A stretch of DNA of 32,000 bases from contig CAYZRF010000006.1 of NCBI GenBank assembly GCA_964480775.1, positions 1 through 32,000 on the forward strand, written 5' to 3'. Below are positions 16,948-25,657 of this stretch, in pieces. How positions within the stretch are numbered: position 1 is the stretch's first letter; every line of letters begins with the position of its first letter. The position numbers and the translations under genes are program-made. The notes under the pieces are model-generated. The model saw nothing but the letters and a program-made list of their open reading frames with translations, was not told where the DNA came from and did no database searches. This DNA is from an uncultured Nitrososphaerota archaeon (GTDB lineage Archaea > Korarchaeota > Korarchaeia > Korarchaeales > Korarchaeaceae).

Positions 16948-19329
16948 ATGTCGGAGGGAGTGGGCTCACATATGTCAAGAGAAAGGCGTCTGATCCTATG
17001 GTTCGAAGAAACTAATATGAAAGATGTGCCTTTAGTGGGTGGCAAGTCAGCTAGTCTAGGTGAAATGATATCAATGGGCTTACCTGTCCCCCTGGGCTTC
17101 TCAGTAACTGCTTATGCTTACGAGAGATTTCTTAAGGAAATGGGAATAGCTGAAAGGATCTATGATATCATCAGGGAGGTTGTTGGTGAAGATAAGACCC
17201 CTGCCAATTACAATGAAGCCTCAAGAAGGATAAGAGAACTCATAGAGTCAACACCGATTCCAGAGGACATTGAAGAAGCAATAAAGAAAGCCTATCGGGA
17301 GTTAGAAGAGAGACTAAACATAAAGAACCCCCTAGTTGCTGTCAGAAGTTCAGCGACAGCCGAGGATCTGCCGGATGCTAGCTTTGCTGGCCAACAGGAG
17401 ACTTTTCTAGGAGTTAAGGGCGAAGATGAGTTAGTTGATAGGGTAAGGAAATGTTGGTCAAGTCTTTTTACTCCAAGAGCGATATCATACAGAGAGGACA
17501 AGGGCTTCAAGCATGAGGATGTACTCATAAGCGTGGGAGTTCAGAAAATGGTAAACTCCCGTAGTGCTGGAGTTATGTTTACTATAAACCCCGTTACAGG
17601 TAGAGAGGATGAGTTGGTTATTGAAGCAAGCTGGGGACTAGGAGAAACCGTAGTCGGAGGAAAAGTTACCCCAGACACCTATGTTATAGATAAAAAGACT
17701 ATGGAAATAAAAGAAAAGCACATAGGCGAGAAGAAAATAGAGATACTGTTAACACCAGAAGGAGGGACAATCGAAAGGGAAGTAGAAGAGGAAAGGAGAA
17801 AGATGCAGGCAATCTCAGATGAGGAGATAAAAAAGCTGGCAGAATATGGATTGAAGATCGAAGAACACTATGGGAAACCCATGGATGTTGAGTGGGCCGT
17901 TGATAAAGACTTAAATCCGCCCAATAACGTATTCATACTGCAAGCTAGGCCAGAAACGGTTTGGAGTCAAAGGGAGGCCGTAACGGAAGAAAAACCTAGG
18001 GCAGAGGTCAAAGCAGAACCTATAGTGAAAGGACTTCCAGCTAGTCCTGGAACAGCTGCTAGCGTCGCCAAAGTTGCATTAAGGTTAGAGGATGCTAAGG
18101 AATTGATTAAGGAAGGAGACATTCTAGTCACGAGAATGACGTCTCCTGACTGGGAACCTTACATGAAGATTGTTTCTGCAATAGTCACAGACGAAGGCGG
18201 TATGACCAGTCACGCAGCCATTGTTAGCAGAGAGCTAGGCATTCCATGCATCGTGGGAACAGGAAATGCAACGAAGGTCATGAAAACTGGAAAAGAGTAC
18301 ACGGTTGACGGTAGAACTGGTATGGTCTATGAGGGAATTAGAGAAGATCTTATCCGCAAACCTACTAGAGAGCTTGCTCCAGCGGCAGGAATTGGGTATG
18401 CTGGATTAGAAATCCCCATAACTGCCACAAAGATCTTCATGAACTTAGGAGTTCCTGAGAAGATAGAGGAATACAAAGACCTCCCAATAGATGGCATCGG
18501 ATTGATGAGAATTGAGTTCATAATAGCAAGCTGGATAAAGATGCATCCACTCGTAGCCATAGAACGCGGCAAATCAGATTTCTATGTAGAAAAGCTGGCT
18601 GAAGGTATTGGCATGGTAGCCAGGGCAATCTATCCCAAGCCAGTAGTAGTAAGATTGAGCGACTTCAAGACAAATGAATATGCAAAGCTAGAAGGAGGAG
18701 AAAAGTACGAACCAATAGAGGCTAACCCGATGCTTGGATGGCGTGGGGCCTCTAGATACATATCTCCAGCATTCGAACCAGCCTTCAGGCTTGAAGTAAG
18801 GGCCATAAAGAGATTACATGATCAAGGGTTAAACAACGTTTGGGTCATGATACCATTCGTAAGGACGATTTGGGAAGTTAAGAGGGTACTAGAGATAATG
18901 AAAGAGGAGGGTCTAGAGAGAAGTAAGAACTTCAAAGTCTGGGTAATGGCCGAGATTCCATCTAACGCTCTTCTAGCCGAGGAGTTTGCGGAGCTTGTCG
19001 ATGGCTTCAGCATAGGGTCAAATGACCTAACGCAATTAGTGCTTGGTGTAGACAGAGACAGCGAGGTTCTAGGAAGGGCAGGATATTTTGACGAACGAGA
19101 TCCAGCGGTTCTCAAAGCTATAAAACTTATAATAGAGGGAGCCCACAAGAAAGGAGCTACAGTAAGTATATGCGGTCAAGCACCAAGCGTATATCCTGAA
19201 TTTACCGAATTCTTAGTTAGAAACGGAATTGACAGTATAAGCGTCAATCCAGATGTAGTAGTAGCGACAAGAAGGCTAGTTGCAAGAGTAGAGAGAAGGG
19301 TAATGCTAGAAAAAGCCCTAAATGGCTAA
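16948..19329 (+). CDS. ppsA: Phosphoenolpyruvate synthase (pyruvate, water dikinase)
   Basis: 793 aa. ATP-grasp N-domain (VPLVGGKSASLGEM, VAVRSSATAEDLPDASFAGQQETFL), phosphohistidine domain (GGMTSHAAIVSRELGIPCIVG) and a PEP-utilizing TIM barrel (GSNDLTQL). Confidence 0.95.
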   Translation: MSEGVGSHMSRERRLILWFEETNMKDVPLVGGKSASLGEMISMGLPVPLGFSVTAYAYERFLKEMGIAERIYDIIREVVGEDKTPANYNEASRRIRELIESTPIPEDIEEAIKKAYRELEERLNIKNPLVAVRSSATAEDLPDASFAGQQETFLGVKGEDELVDRVRKCWSSLFTPRAISYREDKGFKHEDVLISVGVQKMVNSRSAGVMFTINPVTGREDELVIEASWGLGETVVGGKVTPDTYVIDKKTMEIKEKHIGEKKIEILLTPEGGTIEREVEEERRKMQAISDEEIKKLAEYGLKIEEHYGKPMDVEWAVDKDLNPPNNVFILQARPETVWSQREAVTEEKPRAEVKAEPIVKGLPASPGTAASVAKVALRLEDAKELIKEGDILVTRMTSPDWEPYMKIVSAIVTDEGGMTSHAAIVSRELGIPCIVGTGNATKVMKTGKEYTVDGRTGMVYEGIREDLIRKPTRELAPAAGIGYAGLEIPITATKIFMNLGVPEKIEEYKDLPIDGIGLMRIEFIIASWIKMHPLVAIERGKSDFYVEKLAEGIGMVARAIYPKPVVVRLSDFKTNEYAKLEGGEKYEPIEANPMLGWRGASRYISPAFEPAFRLEVRAIKRLHDQGLNNVWVMIPFVRTIWEVKRVLEIMKEEGLERSKNFKVWVMAEIPSNALLAEEFAELVDGFSIGSNDLTQLVLGVDRDSEVLGRAGYFDERDPAVLKAIKLIIEGAHKKGATVSICGQAPSVYPEFTEFLVRNGIDSISVNPDVVVATRRLVARVERRVMLEKALNG

Positions 19330-19338
19330 GCTATTAGC

Positions 19339-19776
19339 TTAGCCTACAATTTTTCTTGCCTTAGGTAGAAGATTTTTAATACGCCAACGATCATAGAGAC
19401 CAGAACCCAAATACAGATCTTCGGACTTTACGATTACAAGTCCGGGTTCCAATTCGTCTCTGGGATCAATCTCAATATCTTCCCCACGCATCCATTTGCT
19501 AACCATTTCTCGAGGGATCTCGAATACATTCTTCCTTGCTAAAGGTCCAAAAAGCTGAGTACCTTCAATGCTTAGCATTAATCCAAAAGGCGTCTCTTTT
19601 AGCACATATATTCCAACAAGCTGCGCTCTTTCTATTTTAGCTGCTTCTTTTGTAGTAGCCCTATATTTTCGCTTGCCTGACCTTACAATTACATATGGAA
19701 TATTTGCTATGCCATACCTATCATAGAGCCTTTCTCTGAGTTTCTCTAGCTCTTCTCTATCCAAAATTTCCCACAA
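19339..19776 (-). CDS. Stand-alone PUA-like RNA-binding protein resembling the RsmF C-terminal domains
   Basis: 145 aa. The C-terminal pattern GLVIVKSEDLYLGSGLYDRWRIKNLLPKARK resembles the PUA-like tail of RsmF-type methyltransferases (lGfGk...lKN.yPk.lR). It lies 7 nt downstream of the m5C methyltransferase gene. Confidence 0.5.
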   Translation of the reverse strand: MWEILDREELEKLRERLYDRYGIANIPYVIVRSGKRKYRATTKEAAKIERAQLVGIYVLKETPFGLMLSIEGTQLFGPLARKNVFEIPREMVSKWMRGEDIEIDPRDELEPGLVIVKSEDLYLGSGLYDRWRIKNLLPKARKIVG

Positions 19777-19783
19777 CTTATCA

Positions 19784-20743
19784 TTACCTCTTCGGTTTTT
19801 CTAACAAGCTAACGAAGAAACCCAACGTATCATTGTAATGAGGATATATTCTAAGACATTTCAACATGTCTGAATCGAACTTTCTATCTTTCCATTCGAG
19901 AAGACCTGGCGCAGCACGAAGTTTTGAGATATTTACTTTTAAGACTTCTGCTCCAAGTTCTATAAGGTGCTGTACCACTTCTTCATTCTCCTCTGGATCG
20001 AGTGTACAGGTGGAGTATACCATTATGCCTCCTGGCTTCAATGCAATGTAACCAGCAGTAGCTAACTCTTTCTGTAGTTTTGAGAGGCGAAGCACAAGAC
20101 GAGGACTCCATCGAAGTAGAGGACGCCAATTTCTTCTAGCCTCGCCAATTGAGCTACACGGTGCATCTAGGAGAACCTTATCAAATTTATTTTTACCAAA
20201 CACTTTGTGAACAAACCTTCCATCTAAACGAGTGATAGCTACATTTATCGAACCCATTCTCTGTACGTTCGAACTTAGTACATTTATTCTCGCTATACTT
20301 ATGTCATTGGCTATTATGACTCCTTTCCACTTCATCATCTCAGCCATCTGTGTTGTTTTCGATCCGGGGGCTGCTGTTAGATCAAGAACCACTTCATCTG
20401 GTCTAGGATTAAGAACTAAAGGAGGGACCATTGAGGCAGCATCTTGCACATAAAATAAACCTAATCTATGTTCTACCGTATTTCCAATGTTATCAGGACC
20501 CTCAACTACTTTGTAGCCCAATTCATACCAAGGTACTCTCTCGACATACCAATCCTTTTCATATAACCATTCTATGGATGCCTTCATAGGATTGAGTCTA
20601 ATAAACGTTGGAGACCTCCGAAACAAACATCTTATGAATTCTTCGTACTCAGATTTTAATAGAAACTTATATTTCTCCTTAAAATCATTTTTCAAATTAT
20701 CTTCTGTTAAAAAAGCTCTCCTTTTTTTATCATGTGGGGGCAT
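19784..20743 (-). CDS. NOL1/NOP2/Sun (RsmB/RsmF-like) RNA cytosine-C5 methyltransferase
   Basis: SAM-binding motif VLDLTAAPGSKT, catalytic motifs LLDAPCSSIGE and YSTCTLDPEENE, 319 aa. Confidence 0.85.
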   Translation of the reverse strand: MPPHDKKRRAFLTEDNLKNDFKEKYKFLLKSEYEEFIRCLFRRSPTFIRLNPMKASIEWLYEKDWYVERVPWYELGYKVVEGPDNIGNTVEHRLGLFYVQDAASMVPPLVLNPRPDEVVLDLTAAPGSKTTQMAEMMKWKGVIIANDISIARINVLSSNVQRMGSINVAITRLDGRFVHKVFGKNKFDKVLLDAPCSSIGEARRNWRPLLRWSPRLVLRLSKLQKELATAGYIALKPGGIMVYSTCTLDPEENEEVVQHLIELGAEVLKVNISKLRAAPGLLEWKDRKFDSDMLKCLRIYPHYNDTLGFFVSLLEKPKR

Positions 20744-20954
20744 TATTCAAGATCTCATTCTTAGTTAGTTCTGCTTAAAACTTCAATCTAATAATAACCA
20801 TGATTGTCATTTTTAGAAGGTTGTAGATAATAAATTCCATATTAAGAGAACTCTCTCCAAGAATGAAATATTTAGGACATATTCCTAACTATAATTTAAC
20901 TTTTACTTAAACAGATGATAAAACATAACGTCTTTTGTTTATTAACTTTATGCC

Positions 20955-20961
20955 AAAAAAA
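20955..20961 (-). terminator. Oligo-T termination signal after the island operon
   Basis: A7 on the + strand, which is T7 on the minus strand. It begins 15 nt past the TAG stop of the 721-aa ORF, at the transition to AT-rich spacer. Confidence 0.4.
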
Positions 20962-20975
20962 GAAGGGAGGAGGAG

Positions 20976-23141
20976 CTACTTGCTTTTTCCTCCAAACCCA
21001 AGGACCAGGGCCAGCAGAATAACTCCTATTAGGTAGCGGTACTCGTAGAGCAGGGCTTCAAACTCCTCCCTTTCCTCAGAGAACGGCGGCGTGGGCGTCT
21101 CGGTTGGAGCTGGCGTCGTTACGGACTGAGTACGGGAAGAGCTTCCTCCAGGACCTCCGGCAGGTGCTCCTCCAGGCCCTATGACCTCAAAGGCTTGCTC
21201 CTTCGTAGTGGTTGCGGTTCCTCCGTCTCCATCCTGAACCGTTCCTATGGCTGTGTAGTACCCCAGCTGTGCCTCTTGGGGAACCGTCCAGGCGTAGATA
21301 AAGACGTCGTATGTGGAATCGTAGCTTGCCGTCCCGGAGCTGACTATTGTTCCTGTTAGATCCTTTATCTGAATCGTTACCGTTAGGTTTTCGGTTGCCG
21401 TTTCGTTGTCGCTTGCCGCGAACTCAAGACCAACGACCTCTGCTCTCCTAACGGAGAAGGGAGTTGCTCTTGAGAAGCTTATCGTCGGTAGGTAATTGAC
21501 GTAGAAGCTAAACAGGTCGCTCTGAGTAGTACCTTCGCCATCGCTGACGTTCACATACCAATAATAGGTTTGCCCTCTTGAGACCGTTGCTTGAATCCCT
21601 GTCGTCGTTCCGTTGGCCACGTTTGTTAAGGTCCCGATTAGCGTATCATTTGACCAGTAGAAGCTTAGATTCATCGCATCCCCGTTGGGATCCGTGAAGG
21701 TGCAGTTCAGCCAAGGATTAACCACGCTTATTATCGTTCCATTTGGACTCGGAGAGGCCAAAGAAGGCTTGCTCGGAGGGATGTTCGTCGTGTAGGTAAC
21801 GTTCAGCTGGGGATGGAACTCGGTATAACCAGATTCCTTTGAATAGAAAATATGCCATCCGGAGCCATCGCCTGAGTTCGTGAAGTCCCTTCCTATGTAA
21901 ACTCCGTAATTAGCATAGGATCCGTTTACCCAGCCCTGAACAATCTCCTTTATGTCCCAAGTGTTCCAGCCGGTTGTTGCGTTCAGCTTCCTATAAACTG
22001 GGTCCGAGTAGGAGGGAAACGTGTTGTACGTTATCGTCGATTCGTCCCAGCTCGAAGTGATGCGGTGTATTTCGAGGAAGTCGATTCCCGCGGTCCAATA
22101 GTTCCGCCCATGGGAGTAAAGGCAAAGGAGAGCTTGAGTTATTGTGGCGTCGTTTGGAATCGAGCTTACATCGAATCTTATCGTCGTGTTATAGGGGTTT
22201 GTGTAGTCTCCAGCGTACAAATCGGTCGAGGAGCCGTAATTGGTATCTGGGTTGGCCCCATCACAATAGGCGTCGTCCGTTGGAGGGCTCAGCGTTATCG
22301 TTGTTGGGTCTAACGTGAACGGCTGGTCTTCTTTAGCGTTAAAGGGTCCGAAGACAACCGTCATCTTCTTAGAAGCTTGGGAGAAGGTTATGTTCCCTAT
22401 CCTATCGAGGCAGTCCCTGTAATCCTCCATAACCTTGAGACGTCTGTTTAAAGAGGAAAAAACGATTCTCTTAACTTTCGGAAGCTTGTTCGGCTTTGGC
22501 TTGAGTGCCTTGATTTTGAAAAGACCCGTCTCGTTCTCAAAGATCGGAAACTCCGAGACGTCGTTTGAGAAATCGATCTCCTTCACTATGAAGTGCCTGC
22601 CTCCCTGTAAGTAGTTAATGAATGAAACGGCTTGCTTCGCTCCCTGCCATGGCCTGAACGTGTGCTTTATCTCAAGCTTCCCTTGAGAGCACCACATTTC
22701 CCGCGTTATGTTCACTTCATCCTCATTTACGGTGAGGATCCAGTCCTCAAAAGCAAAACTTGTAGCTTTGAAGCCAGGCATCCAGACGCTCCAGCGCTCG
22801 ACGGCGAGCAGAGAGGTCATGTTAGGATCGTAGTACTCCGCGCGGTCCTCGAATATCTTGCAGGCAACCAAGCCAGTCCTTACTAAGTAATAGCCCTCAT
22901 CGCTGTGGTTCTCGAAGATAAGTGGAGCCCATTTCCCAGCTCTCGGATCGTAAACGTTCGGACGGCCTATTACCATCCTGAAAGCGGTTCCGTTCGTGTA
23001 TTTTATGTAATTGGGTCCGTATTCAACCAAGACCCAACCTTCTCCTTTCTCATTTTCCGCTTTTGTCTCTAAGGTAGTGAGAGCCGTGGACAAAGCAAGG
23101 AGCAGCAAAAGGGGAACGACGAAATGTCCTTTCCTTTCCAT
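20976..23141 (-). CDS. Large secreted, C-terminally membrane-anchored surface protein with a DNRLRE-like domain and Ig/Fn3-like repeats
   Basis: Signal peptide MERKGHFVVPLLLLLALSTALTTLETKA. DNRLRE-type pattern DDAYCDGANPDTNYGSSTDLYAG...TIRFDVSSIPNDATITQALLCLYS...IHRITSSWDESTITYNTFP...WDIKEIVQGWVNGSYANYGVYI. T/P-rich linker TTPAPTETPTPP, then TM helix YLIGVILLALVLGFGG and KSK. About 18 N-x-S/T sequons by my count. Confidence 0.7.
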   Translation of the reverse strand: MERKGHFVVPLLLLLALSTALTTLETKAENEKGEGWVLVEYGPNYIKYTNGTAFRMVIGRPNVYDPRAGKWAPLIFENHSDEGYYLVRTGLVACKIFEDRAEYYDPNMTSLLAVERWSVWMPGFKATSFAFEDWILTVNEDEVNITREMWCSQGKLEIKHTFRPWQGAKQAVSFINYLQGGRHFIVKEIDFSNDVSEFPIFENETGLFKIKALKPKPNKLPKVKRIVFSSLNRRLKVMEDYRDCLDRIGNITFSQASKKMTVVFGPFNAKEDQPFTLDPTTITLSPPTDDAYCDGANPDTNYGSSTDLYAGDYTNPYNTTIRFDVSSIPNDATITQALLCLYSHGRNYWTAGIDFLEIHRITSSWDESTITYNTFPSYSDPVYRKLNATTGWNTWDIKEIVQGWVNGSYANYGVYIGRDFTNSGDGSGWHIFYSKESGYTEFHPQLNVTYTTNIPPSKPSLASPSPNGTIISVVNPWLNCTFTDPNGDAMNLSFYWSNDTLIGTLTNVANGTTTGIQATVSRGQTYYWYVNVSDGEGTTQSDLFSFYVNYLPTISFSRATPFSVRRAEVVGLEFAASDNETATENLTVTIQIKDLTGTIVSSGTASYDSTYDVFIYAWTVPQEAQLGYYTAIGTVQDGDGGTATTTKEQAFEVIGPGGAPAGGPGGSSSRTQSVTTPAPTETPTPPFSEEREEFEALLYEYRYLIGVILLALVLGFGGKSK

Positions 23142-23150
23142 TTAACCCAC

Positions 23151-24095
23151 CTATACAGGAAGGAGCTTTTGGAACGTTCCAAGCCATGGCCTTGGGAAGC
23201 ATACCGAGGACCTTTGAGGTTCAGGCTCTGGAACAACGACGGCAGCTTTAGGCTCCTCTGTACTCTCGTCCGAGCTTTCTTGAGCGTTCAGGATGAGCGT
23301 ATCTAAGAGAACCGCGTTCTCGCTTCCAGGACAATAGACGTTTATGGTTATCGTCTTTTCTTCGAGTAGAACTCCCACGTCGCTGGGATTCTTGGGTTCG
23401 TACCCCGTTATGTTCCCCACTCTTATGGTAATGGTGTAGGTTCCTCCCACGTACCAGCCACTGAGACCAAGGGGATAGACAAATTCGCCGTCTTTCGTGA
23501 AGTCCGTGCTGAAAAGGAGCATCGAATCCGCTTTACCGGTAAAGGTTGCCGTTATCCTATACGTCCCATGTCCCTCTAAGACCCTGTACCCTACCGTAAC
23601 GTCCACGTTGTGGGCTGGAAGCTCAACTTCCCGCGGGAAGTTCTCGTACGCTATCCATCCGTCGTAATAGTGCATTTCTTGGTGAACTTCGGGTCCTCCT
23701 CCTTCTCCGACTTGGATGTAGATCGATACCCTGCTCGTAACCTTGCCATTTGCGTCCTTATCCTGCAGAATCAAGCCGTAGGTGCCGTTCTTTGCATCTG
23801 GAGGGACATGAACCTCTATATAGCAGCTTACCTTTTCCCCTTTCTTCCCCTTGTTCTTCTCTGAGTGAAGGCTACAGTCCCAGTCCTTGACCTTGTCCCC
23901 GTAAAGCTCGTTCGTGGCTTGCTCTTCCTTGTCGAAGTGCATCTTGTACGGAATCCTAACGACATCTCCAGGCTTCGCCTTGTAGTTATGCTTCTCGCAG
24001 ATTATATGATGAGGGCTGGCTAGTACTGGCTTAGTAGCTATGGATCCTATTAGGAGAAGACCCAAGAAAAGGCCAGCTAAAACCTTAGATTTCAT
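23151..24095 (-). CDS. Secreted protein, function unknown
   Basis: Signal peptide MKSKVLAGLFLGLLLIGSIATKPVLASP followed by beta-rich sequence and an acidic/proline-rich tail (ESTEEPKAAVVVPEPEPQ). The start overlaps the upstream ORF's stop (24092-24095). Confidence 0.6.
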   Translation of the reverse strand: MKSKVLAGLFLGLLLIGSIATKPVLASPHHIICEKHNYKAKPGDVVRIPYKMHFDKEEQATNELYGDKVKDWDCSLHSEKNKGKKGEKVSCYIEVHVPPDAKNGTYGLILQDKDANGKVTSRVSIYIQVGEGGGPEVHQEMHYYDGWIAYENFPREVELPAHNVDVTVGYRVLEGHGTYRITATFTGKADSMLLFSTDFTKDGEFVYPLGLSGWYVGGTYTITIRVGNITGYEPKNPSDVGVLLEEKTITINVYCPGSENAVLLDTLILNAQESSDESTEEPKAAVVVPEPEPQRSSVCFPRPWLGTFQKLLPV

Positions 24096-24526
24096 TTCTC
24101 ACAACCTCCCGGGGAATCTCCCTTTGGGAGATCCCTTTCCGAGGGTTCAAGGAGGCTTCCCAGCCTCCTCTCGAAAGAAAGGCGCCTGAACTCCTTGATG
24201 AGCCCAAGACACTCTTCTTTTGCCCCTTTCTTACATAGCTGAATGTCTAGGATTTTCTCAGCAAGCTGAACGGCTTTTTCATCCCTCAGGACTAAGATGC
24301 CAGAGCCTCCATCCAAGCCGTATGACTTCGCAAGATCTAAGAGGAGAAAGCCGAAGTACGATTTCGGAGACCTTGTGTTGTTGGCTATGTTGTAAATCTC
24401 CTTTCTGAGTTGGGGAATCCTGATGCGGTAGGCAAAGCCGTTTTTCTTTATGAGAACTCTCAGCTCCTTTATCTCGCATCCTTTCTCCCTAAGCCATGGA
24501 ACCAACGAAGCTACGGCCCTAGCCAC
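24092..24526 (-). CDS. Hypothetical protein (island operon)
   Basis: 144-aa ORF, co-directional and overlapping both neighbours. GTG start preceded by GGGAGGG. No motif recognised. Confidence 0.45.
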   Translation of the reverse strand: MARAVASLVPWLREKGCEIKELRVLIKKNGFAYRIRIPQLRKEIYNIANNTRSPKSYFGFLLLDLAKSYGLDGGSGILVLRDEKAVQLAEKILDIQLCKKGAKEECLGLIKEFRRLSFERRLGSLLEPSERDLPKGDSPGGCEK

Positions 24527-25166
24527 TCTTATCCCTCCCTTTCCTCACCAATATGGAAGCCCAAGGGTTGTCGAGAAGTTCCTCCATTCCTCCGATTCCT
24601 TTGGGGATCTCGACCTGGACCGGCTCTTCATCAAGCTCTGGCTCGATTGCTGAGGATCCATCAGCGGGAATTGGATCCTTTGGAGTGCCCTGTTCACGTA
24701 TTACGCCATGAGAACCCAGCAAGGCCTTGAGGCGTTCCACTTCAGAAGCCAGCTCCTCGATCCGCTTGTCGTAATACTTGGACCCTATGTAGGGGCCTTT
24801 TTCATAGGATCCATTTCCATCCAAGAAGGAAGTTAGGGCCTGAATTATCAGCTCTGTCATGGTTTTGTCCTCTAATATGGCTCTCCTCCTTAGCTTGCGC
24901 TTGAGATCCCTAGGTATCCTTGCCGTTATGACAACGTCAAGAAAGGGAGGGAGGAATAACAGGGTCAGGTTGAGCTTTCCTTTGAGGAGCTTGGGAACGA
25001 TGAGTAAGAGCAGAACTATTAGGATCAGGGGCTTTAGCTTCCAAGCTATCTTCAGCAAGAGGTAGATGAAGCCCAAGACTGCGAAGAAAACGATTGTTTT
25101 TCTAACTGGATCCGGGAGGGCTTTGATCCACTCAATAAGGCTTAGAATCGTGGTTAGGCCGTCCAT
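24519..25166 (-). CDS. Membrane-anchored ribbon-helix-helix (CopG-like) protein
   Basis: Two predicted TM helices (TIVFFAVLGFIYLLLKIAW, PLILIVLLLLIVPKLL). An RHH-like segment follows, VVITARIPRDLKRKLRRRAILEDKTMTELIIQALTSFL. Then a coiled-coil (RIEELASEVERLKALL) and an acidic tail. Confidence 0.55.
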   Translation of the reverse strand: MDGLTTILSLIEWIKALPDPVRKTIVFFAVLGFIYLLLKIAWKLKPLILIVLLLLIVPKLLKGKLNLTLLFLPPFLDVVITARIPRDLKRKLRRRAILEDKTMTELIIQALTSFLDGNGSYEKGPYIGSKYYDKRIEELASEVERLKALLGSHGVIREQGTPKDPIPADGSSAIEPELDEEPVQVEIPKGIGGMEELLDNPWASILVRKGRDKSG

Positions 25167-25429
25167 CTTTCCGAGATCACCTCCTCAAGCTTAACTTCCC
25201 TCAAAGCCAGCGCAAGAGCCTCTTCCAGCCTCTTAGTTCCCTTTATCTTCAGTACAACGTCAAAGCGAGGCTCGGATTCGGGAAAGCATAGCCTAACGTA
25301 TGTCCGCAGCTTTGGATGTTCTGGCTTAATCCGCTTTCGGTAGATGATGGCAAAAAATCCGGGAAGTTTGAAGCTCTTTGCATAGCGGGCTTTTTTGGGG
25401 ACGAAAGGAACGATTATAGCTTCTTTCAT
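25154..25429 (-). CDS. Hypothetical small basic protein (island operon)
   Basis: 91-aa ORF with a 4-nt start/stop overlap to the upstream gene. No motif recognised. Confidence 0.4.
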   Translation of the reverse strand: MKEAIIVPFVPKKARYAKSFKLPGFFAIIYRKRIKPEHPKLRTYVRLCFPESEPRFDVVLKIKGTKRLEEALALALREVKLEEVISERWTA

Positions 25430-25656
25430 GGAATCACCTCCTCAACAATTTTGTGGTTGAGAAGAATCCTAGCGTTGGTTTCCGGAAGATGGGCAACGTC
25501 TCCAGGGCTGAACGGTCCATAGGTCTGAAGGTCTGGATAGCCTACGAAGGCGGGACATGGCTTTCTGAAGGCAACTAAGACCAAAGCTTTGTTCAATGGA
25601 TCCTTTGGCTCCAGCTTGATTTCCTCTTTCTCTATAAGATAAGCTTCCAAGCTCAT
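25426..25656 (-). CDS. Small protein resembling the GINS B-domain (Psf2/Gins23-like beta domain)
   Basis: Segment FVGYPDLQTYGPFSPGDVAHLPETNARILLNHKIVEEV resembles the GINS B-domain pattern, for example eukaryotic Psf2 ...[28 protein letters not shown]. I start at ATG 25656, 1 nt after the primase stop, rather than at the track's TTG 25698. Confidence 0.4.
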   Translation of the reverse strand: MSLEAYLIEKEEIKLEPKDPLNKALVLVAFRKPCPAFVGYPDLQTYGPFSPGDVAHLPETNARILLNHKIVEEVIP

Positions 25657-25657
25657 C

